Assembly (NCBI GenBank): GCA_051294905.1
Contig: CM119378.1
Coordinates: forward strand, 2,048,001 to 2,112,000
From: Botryllus schlosseri
Taxonomy: Eukaryota
Reading direction: 5' to 3'
DNA length: 64,000 bases
This document shows positions 38,601-50,600 of the stretch, piece by piece (the first letter of the stretch is position 1; each line of letters begins with the position of its first letter). Position numbers and translations under genes: made by a program. The notes under the pieces were generated by a model. The model made no database searches. It was not told where the DNA came from and worked only from the letters and a program-made list of their open reading frames with translations.

Positions 38601-41600
38601 TACACAACTAGAATTACCTAGTGTTTTAAGTCTGGTCCAACGGAACGTTCTATCTTGTGTGTTTTATTGAAAGAATACTCAAGTCGTTTCGACGCCTTGC
38701 TATCTTTTCTATTCACGGCATTCTCGTTGTGTTTTGAATCGATGAAACACTTAACAAACTGAACCGAAGTGATTTAGGCCTATCGTTTGACCGATCGCTG
38801 TTACTTCAGGAAACGGTACTGAAGCCGAAATTGATGGAGAAATTTAAGGCTGTCGGTGATAGACTGCTCAACGCGGGCCAGTCCTACCTGGCTTCGTCTA
38901 TACCTCCGGAAGACATGGAGGCGGCAGAAAACCTTTTGCAAACGCAAACCGCGCAGGTGTGTTGGGATTTGTTAGAGAATTATTGAGGCCAAATACTGAA
39001 TTACAACACGCCATGGTTTGTTAGAACATTTTGGATGTGGAAAACGATGTCACTGAGTATTAGGGCTGTTCAAAAATCACTTTTTTCAAATTTTACTGCC
39101 TTGTTGATAAAATTGTGAGGTTGCCCAACAAAAAAAACGCTGTACACCAAATTTAACTCAATTCGAATCTGTAGAAGCATTGATATATAAGAAAAAGTTT
39201 ACACTTATTTAATGAAAATGATTATAAATTTTTTTTCAAATGAAAAAAGGATGCACGACAACTAGTGTCAGAAGAAAATATTCGGGTATATTTCAATATG
39301 AATATATAATTTAATTGTATATTGAAGTTTTTTACGTCCAAGAGACTCTTCATTTTCATTACTGGAAAGAATGTACTCTCAGTCAGGGCATGGTATGGTA
39401 TGGTATGGTATGGAACTATGGTATGGTGTGGATCGATATTTTGGTATGGAATATGGAACAATGCAAGTATGGTATGGAATGGAAGATTTTAATCTATGGT
39501 ATGGAACGACATTTCCATACTTCCACACTTTGGTGTTTTATACATTTTATCGTGATCTGTGCAAGCTTCATGAAGCTTATGTTGATCGCTGTTCACGGAA
39601 TACGGTCGCTTTTGTTATGTGTGAACGTGAACTATTGAATGCTGTGTAGGAACAAATACACGCTTGTGCAACGGTTTTAGGGGCACTTGGAATGACATGA
39701 TTTTGTGATGTAATAATGACAACAGTAATGTTGATCCTATATTCTATTGAGTCTTGACACGACGTCTCCGAGAAAGTGTATCGTGCGACGCAATAATTGG
39801 TAATGTCGGCTATGATGCAACGTACTAATTGCTCAATGTGATTGATAATTGCATTTCTTCTGAAATATTGTCCGGACTATTTACATAGCGAGATATCTTA
39901 TTGGTCACATTTCCAACTATCTCTCATTAGGATTATAGATCAGGGAGTGGGGTAGATATAGTTTGAAATTCTCGCCACGCTAACCTCAACCAAATACTGT
40001 ACTAATAATCTCGCAGATCGCTGCAGTATTGATAGCCTGTAGCTGGGATATTTTATGGGTGCGCATTGTTTGGCGAGCATTTACTTCAAACTTGCATGTG
40101 TCGCATGCCAATGTACAGGAAATGCGATTATATTTTTATGAAGCAGGGGCGGGCAACTTCTCCAGTCAGCGGGGCGGATATAGGAAAATTAAGTACTTGG
40201 CGGCCGGGATTGCTGAATGGATACATTATTCGCGCATATATACAAGGAATAAATCGTATTTAATGAATATATTTTATCGACAGCAATATGTCACTTCAGA
40301 GCCATTTCTCGCCGATAATGACAATGCAATGTGGATTTGAGAACAGCATTGTCATACAGGTGCCGCCATGTCTGCTTATCTCTGATCAACTAAATCACGG
40401 TGCAATCCTTTATTAAGATTTCAAAGCGTTCGATAAGCCCGGTACCCAAAATTTACCAAGATTTCAATTCATTAGGGTTGAGTACATCGTAAATGCCGAT
40501 ACTGCAAGATTCTCGCTTCGACGAACTTAAGCGTAAGCTCCACTCTCGCACGCTGCGCACACCTATATAATAACATACAGTCACTAAAATTTGACGTTTA
40601 GGCAAGTAGTGGGGAATCTCGGCAGACTGGGGCCGCGGGCCACATTATCATATAAGACGGGAAACTGTCCGCGAGTCGGACAAAATCTCGCCGCGGGCCG
40701 CATCCGGCCCGCGGGCCGTATGTTACCCGTCTCTATTATGGACGGTCCTAGATAACAATCTGCTGACTATCTCATTTTGCTCGCGGAAGCTGCAGAGTAG
40801 ACGTACACGGCACCTCACCACCGTGAACTAAACCTCACCAAAACAGACTCTGTAAAACTATCACCAGGAATTAGATTCGCATCATGGCTAGTTTAAGCAA
40901 AAATGACATCCGAAATATCAATAATAAAGGTGCTAGAAAAGGTACTATACTTATGATATTGAAGTATTTGAAAGTATGGAATATGTATCAAGTATGGTAT
41001 GGAACAATGTTGGTATGGTATGGAAAATTGCAAGTATGGTATGGAGAGAGTAAGGCAAGTATGGAGTATGGAAAATTGTCGTTCCATACCATACCCTACC
41101 ATGCCCTGCTCTCACTGCTTGAATCAATACAATTGACCCTGATTCCAGAAATCAAATTCTTGTACTCAGGTTTACTCTTAAATCGAACATGAAATCAATT
41201 GAACGTCCGCATTAAACCAAAACTTGATATTATCACACCAGATCGATGCCGTGTGCGCACATCTTCAAAGTGTCCAAGACACACTGGACGCTACTCACAA
41301 AAACTGGGTCCAGTTCGACAAATGTGTCGAACGGCTGGCTCCGTGGCTTGAGCAAGCTGAAAATGTCATCAAGACCAAAGGAATAAAGGGGAAGGTATGG
41401 TTTTAATGTCACGCAGTGCCCGTAAAGCAATGGTTCTTAACCTTAAATAATATGGCGAGCCACAAATTTTTGTGTAGTCGCAAATACCTACCTAGAACAT
41501 TTGGGCTGGATTGTATTGTGCTGACCGACCGACAAGATATCGTAATGGTGAAGCGTCCGGCTTCTTGATCGGTAGGTCGTGGGTTTGATCCCCAGCCGGG

Positions 41601-44600
41601 TCAGACCAAAGACCTGATTAGTAACACTGGTATCCATGACTTCCCTGCTTGGCGCTCATGCATTACTGGGATAGCATGGAGGGGTGGTGCATGACTTAGA
41701 AAGCCGCAAAGGCTATATCTGCACTTCCTTGTCCAGCGGCATATGCACATCATGCACTCATGGTATGCATATGCACAGATCGTGTGTATGTGTATCATGA
41801 GTCGGTGTATATGCCGCAAATAACATCAAGGACAAAAAGAAACTACGTCCATTCCTTGATTTGTTTGTTGTCTTGCCTACATTGTTGGCGTTATTTTTAA
41901 AGAGGGCTGATTGTGTTGATTACTGTCCATTCCTTGTTCCGTAATTATTTATGTTGATTACGCACAAGGAAATTGCCTATATAGTGTTTTTATGTGTTGC
42001 GTTTGGACTGCTTGAGCTGTCATTTAGTTGATAAAATGCAAACCAGCGTTGAGTTCGTAGTGCGTACACGATGCATTACATACATCTTATTCAGTAGCCT
42101 ACTATAGATTACTGGTCCACAAAATGAACTGTGCATCAACAGCAGTCTTAAAATGAACAAAACGATTTTCACACAAAACAAATTCGCTGCTCTATAAATT
42201 ATTATATTATTATATAAAATTATTTGATTATGTTATTGGAGGTAGAGGGTGTTTTGTATGAAAAATTTTATAAACACCGATCTACATTACTTTCTAACGA
42301 CACAGTTTTAGTTTGTTTCTAATCCATTTTTTTAGCCGTTGCGACTTTTCCAATTTAAACTCTAGTAATTTCGAATTTTCCAGGATTTTTTCAACGATTT
42401 GCCGGAATTCGAGAAGCTGCACGCGACGCTTAACGAATGCGGAAAGTTTCTGGTCGACACTTGCAATCCTAAGGTGTCCGATGAAGTCGGCAAGCGGCTG
42501 GCTGCTTTGAATGGGAAATGGAAAAAAGTACACACAGTATGTGATCCACTATGAAAGCAGATAATGTGCATTTTACTCGTTTTGAGAAAATTAACTTTTG
42601 TGAAGTTTTTATTCTCTGTCGATTATAACTTGGCAATTAGGGCGGTTCAAAAATAACATTTTTTCCTTAATCTTGCGGGCTACATGATTAAATCGTCAGG
42701 TTACCTTAAAAAACGACGCACACCAAATTTGAATTCATTCAAACCAATATTCGCGATTTACGTAGAGTTTGAAAATTTTGAATTTGCGCAGAAACGCAAA
42801 AAAAATTTTTTTTCAAATTTTTCTGCTAACCCCATGAAATTGTTGGGCTGTCTTCAAAGACTATGCAAAACAAATTTTACTCAATTCCAAGCCGTAGAAG
42901 CGGAGTTATTCCAGTTTTTCGATGAAAATTCTTAGATTATCCACCGATCAAGGATAATCCCAGAATTATCAAAGAAAAACTGATATAACTCCACTTCTAC
43001 TGCTTAGAATTGAGTCAAATTTGTTTTGCATAGTCTTTGAAGACAGCCCAACAATTTCATGGGGTTAGCAGAAAAATTTGAAAAAAAATTTTTTTTGCGT
43101 TTCTGGGCATATTCAAAATTTTCAAACTCTACGTAAACCGCGAATATTGGTTTGAATGAATTCAAATTTGGTGTGCGTCGTTTTTTAAGGTAACCTGACG
43201 ATTTAATCATGTAGCCCGCAAGATTAAGGAAAAAATGTTATTTTTGAACCGCCCTATTGGCAATGGTTAACTTTGAAACAATTTGACAAACATAAACATA
43301 GCCAAAATATGGCCGAAAAAGTACGAAAATTTACAAAAACTTGCTTTTCTATAAATTTTTTATAATGGTTCTCAAAATTTGAAAAAATGGACGTAAATAA
43401 GCTCCTTTGATTCCGTCGAGACAATATGAATATGCGACAAATTCCAACACTTCATGCGTCATTTGAGCATGTGGCTCGAATGTAGGCTTAGAGCTCAGTT
43501 AGTGTTAGGATAACGGTCAATCTTACGGTTGGCGTTCTGTCCTATGTTCATAAAGGTAATGCAACTCAACTAAATACTCGCCATTTCGTAATTTTACACA
43601 GCGTTTTGAGTCCGAAAGTTGCATTTTTTCAATTCAATACATTCTCTTCGGTGCAGACTTGCAAGAAACACATGCTTGAGGAAGAGCTGGTGAAATTACG
43701 CAATGATTTCAAAGCGGGCGTCGTCGGCTTGCAAAGCTGGTTGGAAACGGTGGAAGCTTCTCTGGAACATGCTTTGCCGTTCGAAAGCCAGGCTGTGGAA
43801 GATCATTTGCATGATATGGAGGTATGTGTTTTGTTACTGTAATTCCGTGTGGCCTGCTGTTTTTGACGATGTCTTGCTAGCGCCGCCTGTGAGGTTGCGT
43901 TAGGTCGATACAGTCAAAATGAAGCAACACAGTGTGTCACCAGCAGTGCACACTCAACTTCAGTGAAGTTGTCAGCCAACAACTGCTGCTGTTGAACGTT
44001 CTTTCTCCATTCTTGGCAAGCTACTTAGTAAGGACAGACACTTTCTACCCGATAATATAGGAAAGAATCTTTCGTTGTACTACAACAAATTTTAAATATT
44101 TCTACCATAATGCGTGATGTAACTGCTGGAATTTTTCATAGGTACAGATTTCGTTAAAATGAAGTTTATCATGTAAAAATTTTTCAGTTTTTAAGTCAAA
44201 AATTTTTTTTCTGTCTAAACTGCTTCGTAAGGACTGACATTTCCTACCAGAAATGAATATAAGTAGTACAATTCTAACATTACGTGCGAAAACACCTAAT
44301 TTACATACATGAGGGCAAGATTTTGTCAAAGTCAAGTTATTAAAGGCCAAAAAATGTAAAAATTGAGCTTTTTAGGGTCAAAAATGTAAAAATTTTGATT
44401 TTTCAGGTCAAGGTCCTCCGTTTTCTAGGTCAAAAAGATCGCCTTAATTATGATCTTCCAAAAGTGTTTATTACTTGATTTCCTTTGCCATATCTGTAAG
44501 TCGGTCATTTCGAATGAGGCACTGAGGTCTCGAGCACTCCCAAAATCTAGAAATACGGTAGGTAATTCATTACTGACCAAGTCTTATTTGCAGGAGGTAC

Positions 44601-47600
44601 GCGGCGAAATGCAACAAGCCGAAGACAAATACAAGGAGGTCAGCGGTATCGCGCAAGCTCTCGTGAAAGGCACGCCTCAGGAGCAAGTCAACGACATGCT
44701 CGTCACCATGACAAAGATCAAAGACCGCTTGCTGACAGTATGCGTGGCGTGCCGAATATTTTCTTTCGTTTGTTAATCCCTAAATTGTTACGTTGCGCAG
44801 GCCAGAGGTGGCGTTAACAAGTCTATAGCCGACGGCAAGGAATTATTGGCGCCCCTTCGCGGATTTTCGGAAGATTTGGAGGTCGTCGAGACTTGGGCCG
44901 CCGAGGCTAAGGCTTTGATGGACGAGTACGCAAATTCAGATAAAGACATCGAATCACTCTATCAGAAGCATCAGGTAATTTTAGTCGTTATATTTAGTCG
45001 AAAACACGTGTTGAAAATTGGGGGTGTTGAAAACTGACTTTTTTTCTGAAATTGTAATGGCTACTTGATAAAATTGTTAGGTTACCTAATTTAAGCCTGC
45101 ACACCAAATTTGGTTCAATTCCAACCAGTTGCCGCATTGCTACAGGAGAAGAAAGGTTCTATTTGTCATATAAAAGTTATTGAAAAAAAATTTCGAAATT
45201 TTCTGTTCACCTTATCAAAGTGTTGGGTCGTCTATAGAAACGATCTTCACCAAATTTGACTCATTTCCGACTAGTGGAAGCGGAGTTATTGCCATCGAAA
45301 AATTTGGATTCGAATAAAATAGTATTTACGGTGGGCACAGCCATGATAAATAATTAAAGAATTGGCCACCGTAAATACTGTTTTATTCAAATCCAAATTT
45401 TTCTACGGCAATAACTCTGCGTCCACTGGTTGGAATTGAACCAAATTTGGTGTGTAGGCTTGAATTGGGTAACCTAACAATTTTATCAAGTAGCCAGTAC
45501 AATTTGAGGAAAAAAAGTCATTTTTGAACACCCCCAATATTCATATTGGGATAAACTCGAATATTTTTGGCTGACACTCGTCAGGGGTCATCGTCAGCAA
45601 CTAGTCGAGAATTGGAGAGCATTGTATATCAGCAATCGTATCACGAAATATACTATTGAATTGTATGTTGCAGTTCTGTACGTCCGAAAGTCTTTTAAAT
45701 AGATTTCATTATCGTGTATTCGTAACGAAAATATATCGAGTTTTCTTCCAACCTTTTTGCCTTTTTTGCAGCAATTTTTCGCAAATTCCCAATCGGTCCA
45801 GGAAAAACTGGGCAAAATCGGGCAGGCCCTCGAAAAGTTAAAGCGCCACGCGCTGCCAGGTTAGCACCGCGATGTCACATCACCGAGTCACATATGTTCT
45901 GACGGACGCGCTTTTTTTCAGGCATGGACTCCACCCTTCTTCAAGACCGCGTCACGGAGGCCTCTGCCAATTTACAGCTGGCCGCCAAGCAAGGCAGCGA
46001 GTGGAAACCGAAATTGAAATCTGGCACCGAGTCGTTAAGAGAGTATCGGAAACACTTGGGGGCGATGCAGAGATGGGTGCAGCACGCAGAGAAGTTACTG
46101 GATAAGCCTGTCGACGTAGAAGAGCCCAGGAAATTAACGAAAGAGCATCAGGTAACTGTAGGGTTGTAATGACTCGACTCGAGTCACGATTTATTTAATT
46201 TCAAATACGTAAAATGACTTGACTCGACTTGGACTCGAGTCATTGCGCATGACTCGAACCAAGTCATATGACTCGAGACACAGACGGCCAAGACCGACAT
46301 TTTTTTGTAATTTCGAAGAATAGTAAAGGAACCACCCTCTTGGGATTTCATCTATTGGTACCAGTACTTGAAAATGCGACCAGAAACTGCTAAAAGTGAA
46401 GAAAATTAGTATATTATAAATGCAAAGCATTCAATATCACCAAACAGAGTTATAAAAAGTAAGTTTTACAACATTTTAACTGGAAACTGAGCAGTCAACA
46501 CAATGACTTGGACTCGAACTCGACCCACTGCTCACTGACTTGAACTCGGACTTGACTCGGTGGTGAATTGAAAATGACTCGACTTGACTCGAGTCAAAAC
46601 TATTGAAGTGAGATTGACTTGTGACTCGGAACCTTGCGACTGGGTTGCAACCCTGGGTGATTGGGACGGTTTCTGATTTTGTGTTGGTTCGGGGGATGTG
46701 ATTGGGGAGGCCAATAGGCCGTTTTCACAGCGAAATTGTTAAGAAATCAGAATAAAGCTCTGAGAGCGGACTTTTAGTTCCATCTGCCCTAACCACAATT
46801 GGGTAACAAGAAAATTTTCCAACTTTTTCCAGATTAGAATTAAAATTGTAGCTACTCCGTTTTTTTTCTTCTTCAAATCAGATTAGAATTAGAATTACTG
46901 CCATCGTAGCAAAAATATAACGGAAATCAAGTTCTGTCCATGTTAAATCAGAGCTCTTATAAGCACTACACTGGCGATACAGTTCTCTTGAAGGTTTTTC
47001 AGGAAAACCACAAATTTGATTAGAATTGGAGCGTAGAAACATTTCATCACAAATTTGATAAGGATTAGATTACCGTCATTTTCTCTAATTATTCTAAGTA
47101 GGGGACTAGAACTATTTGACCCTAACGCAGCAGCGTGCCAAATCCTGGACCTGTTATTTATTTATTTATTCGGTTAAATTTTGTGTTCAGGAATTTTTCG
47201 GGGAAGTCGACACCTCTTCGTTAATCGCGCTGGTGGGCGCCAGCAAAAAATGTCAGGCCTCGCAGATATCGGAATCGCAAAGGTCGAAGGTGATGGACAT
47301 GACCAATCAGGTTCAACACGATTACGCTTCCGCCTTGAAGAGATCGACGCACAGACTCCTGAAACTCAAGTATGAACCGCAAGCCTATTCTGTAATTGCC
47401 TACGTTCAATTGTTAGTCGCTAAGGCAAAGTTGCCATTGATATGGATTACCTGAGGACAGTCAAAAACTGGCACCGGCTGCTTTTCGCAAAACTGAAAAA
47501 GATGACCTTAATGAAATGCGAAACCAATATTATATATACAGTTGGATTCAGAATTTCAACGCCTAACCAACTAGGCGATGAAGGTAGGCGAGAGCAAGGC

Positions 47601-50600
47601 AACCGACCGTGTATATAATCAGAAAGACCGGATAATCTTGTTGTAAAAAGAGACAAGTTTTTGTTTGTTCCTTATGGAATCCACAACGTATACCTAGTGC
47701 GAATAAGTAGGTGCTATTCACGGCGACAGAGATATCTTCTTTCGAACAAGCCATGAGTGACCGCTTTTTCTCAACTAATTAGATCGATACTATCAAAACA
47801 TGGTACCAGTAAAGCGTTTCATTAAAAAACTCAGTGGCTCAGCTTGCGGCTTTTTGATCCTGTGAAACATTCTCAGATTTCTGGAAGCGGAAGAGGAGTT
47901 TCGGGCCCTGATCGCGGCTTGCAACGCACAAGTCAACGACGAAGAAACGCAATTGGAAAAAGGGACTAAAACAAACCAGGAGCTTTTGGAGGAGCACAAG
48001 GTTAGGAATGAGAAATTATTTCAGTCATATTTTGGGGGGATCTATGACTTTACGGGGTACGCGATGAAACAATTCGTAACGTAATCGTCGCAATTGCAAT
48101 GATGTATTTGAGGTGCAAAACTCAATGATTACGTAGGAAGAGACGCAATATTCATGCACACGATCTGCGCATATGCATCAGGGATGTTCAGAAAGACCTC
48201 TTTTTCGAAATTTCGGGGATTCACAGGCACAGCCTGGAACAGGAGTTTGAAAATTTTGAATTTAATATAAAAAATCAGGGTTGTAAATACCAGGTCGCAA
48301 GGTTCCGAGTCACCAGTCAATCTCGCTTTTATAGTTTTGACTCGAGTCAAGTCGAGTCTTTTTTAATTCACCACCGAGTCAAGTCCGAGTCAGCGATCAG
48401 AGGTTCGAGTCCAAGTCATTGTGTTGCCTGCTCACTTTCCAATTAAAGTCTTGTTAAACCCACTTTTTATGACTCTGTTTGGTGATATGGAACATTCGCA
48501 TTTATAATATACTAGTTTTGGTCACTTTTAGCAGTTTCTGGTCGCATTTTCAAGTACCAGTACCAATAGACGAAATCCCAATAGCGTGGTTACTTTACTA
48601 TTCTTCGAAACTACAATATAATGTCGGTCTTGGCCGTCTTAGTCTTGAGTCACATGACTTGGTTCGAGTCATGCGCATCGTGCAAACCTCTCCTGCTTTA
48701 CAGAAAATTTTTGACGACGCTTTCGTAAAGTTCGATTCGCAACTGAACGCGATGGATTCTCTCTGCGAGAATTTAAAGGAAGCCCTGCCCGGGGATTACG
48801 TGTGGGGGCAGAAATTGATGGATCTCAGAGAGAGATACGAAGACGTAGTGGCAGCGGAAGAGGAGATGTACCTGTAAGTGAATTGAAATGATAATGAACA
48901 GGAGGTTGAAAATTTTGAATTTATCATAAAATAAATCGAAACATTTTTTGTTCAAATTTTACTGTCAACCCCTTGAAATTGTAGAGTTGTCTACGAAACC
49001 GATATGTAACAAATTTCACGCGATTTCAAGCCGTAGAAACGAAGCTATTTCAGTTTTTCGTTACTAATTCGGGGATTACCCACCGTCAAGGCTATTTTCG
49101 TGAATCCAAATCCAAAAATTGTTAAACCTCGTTGTTTTAGACAACTCGACAATGTCATGGGGTCGACTGTAAAATTTGAAAAAAGGATTTTATTTTTTAA
49201 AATTAATTCCAAATTTTCAACCCAAATCCCCTGAAATCGGAAAAAATAAGTTTTTTGAACTAGTAGGCCCTGCCCACTGTCACTACTTCTGTATTCATGG
49301 TTTTATATGCCTTTTAGTTTTACTGGAACAGTTTTTGGGCGGTTTTTGTTTTTTCATTGTATCATCCGTTATTGTACGGTGATGATGTTGTTGTCATCTT
49401 TTTTTTTATTTATTTTTCAGCAAACTGACGGAATTACCTGAAAAATGGGAGGAGTTCGGTAAGAAAGTGCAAGAAGTGAAGGACTGGGTGAAAGAGGCGG
49501 AAGAAGTGATGGCGGCCGCCCACACCCGGGTTGAGCCGGACCAGGACAGCTTTAATGTACAGTCCAATATATAAATTATTATTATTTGATGTGATACAAT
49601 TTTTAAATTTGGCATGGGCGTCGCATTTTTCTATACTTTTCATCAGACGGTAATGAATTACTTGTACTTTTTTGTAATGATGACGTAGGTTTTACCTACG
49701 AGGTTGTGTTTTAGGACATCTACTTCCATTTATAGGACTAGCACCGATAAAATTCGAAAAAGTATCAAAATTGTCAATTGTCACCACAAAAATAAGTCAA
49801 AATTGCAAAATTTTGAAGCTTATTGGGTTAGTATTTTATTTTTCTGCCCGAGCGTTCGATAGTTTTGTTCTCCGTCGTGAAATTTTGTAATATGGCTTAA
49901 TGAGAAACCTAAAATATATACGAAATTTGCTGTCGTAAATTAGTCTCTCATGGTTTTTTGAAAAGCCAACATCCAGATCTACATTTAGCTAGTTTTTTAT
50001 TTGGCCATGGTCTGACTGGCAGAATTTCGCTGCAAACTTGTGAAAGAAAAATCAAATTCTGAAATTTCAAAACAAGATTTCTCCAAGATGAGTCGAAGAT
50101 ATTCGTTCAAATTTTAGCAGCAAGTAGGACTGTCATATTACTTCCTAAAACAAACGTTTAATTATAAAAGGGTAATCACAATTTTGAGGTACGGCGTTTG
50201 GCGTGTCGTAGCACTATTTCTCATGTCAAATCCAAATACTATGGGCTAGGACTACAATTTGTGATATTTTGATTACAGCGTAGCGACGACTAGCAGCTGT
50301 GAAAATATCATGGTGATGGGGGTAGCCCGTCGCGATGTGCTAGCCGCCTGAAATTTTATCCAAATTATTTCATTTCTTTTCTCAGATCACCGCTGCCAAG
50401 TTCCAGAAAGTATCGGAAGCAAAAGGCGCGCACTTAAACGCTCTCGAGCAGTTGAGCGCGGATTTGTCAGCCCTCGCCAAGCACTCGCCCCCAGAGCAAA
50501 TCGAGAAGAACAGGGAGACTCTGATGCGGTTGACCGCGAACTGCAAATCGGTCATGAACGCGCTGCCGGTCACAGAAAGGAGAGTGGAGTCTGTGCAGAA

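Noticed and set aside
39315..39649. W/Y/G/M-rich ORFs (also 40884-41192) and A/P/G-rich ORFs at 16597-18398
   Set aside because: Translations of (TATGG)n and (GGCTCC)n subterminal repeats of hAT MITEs.
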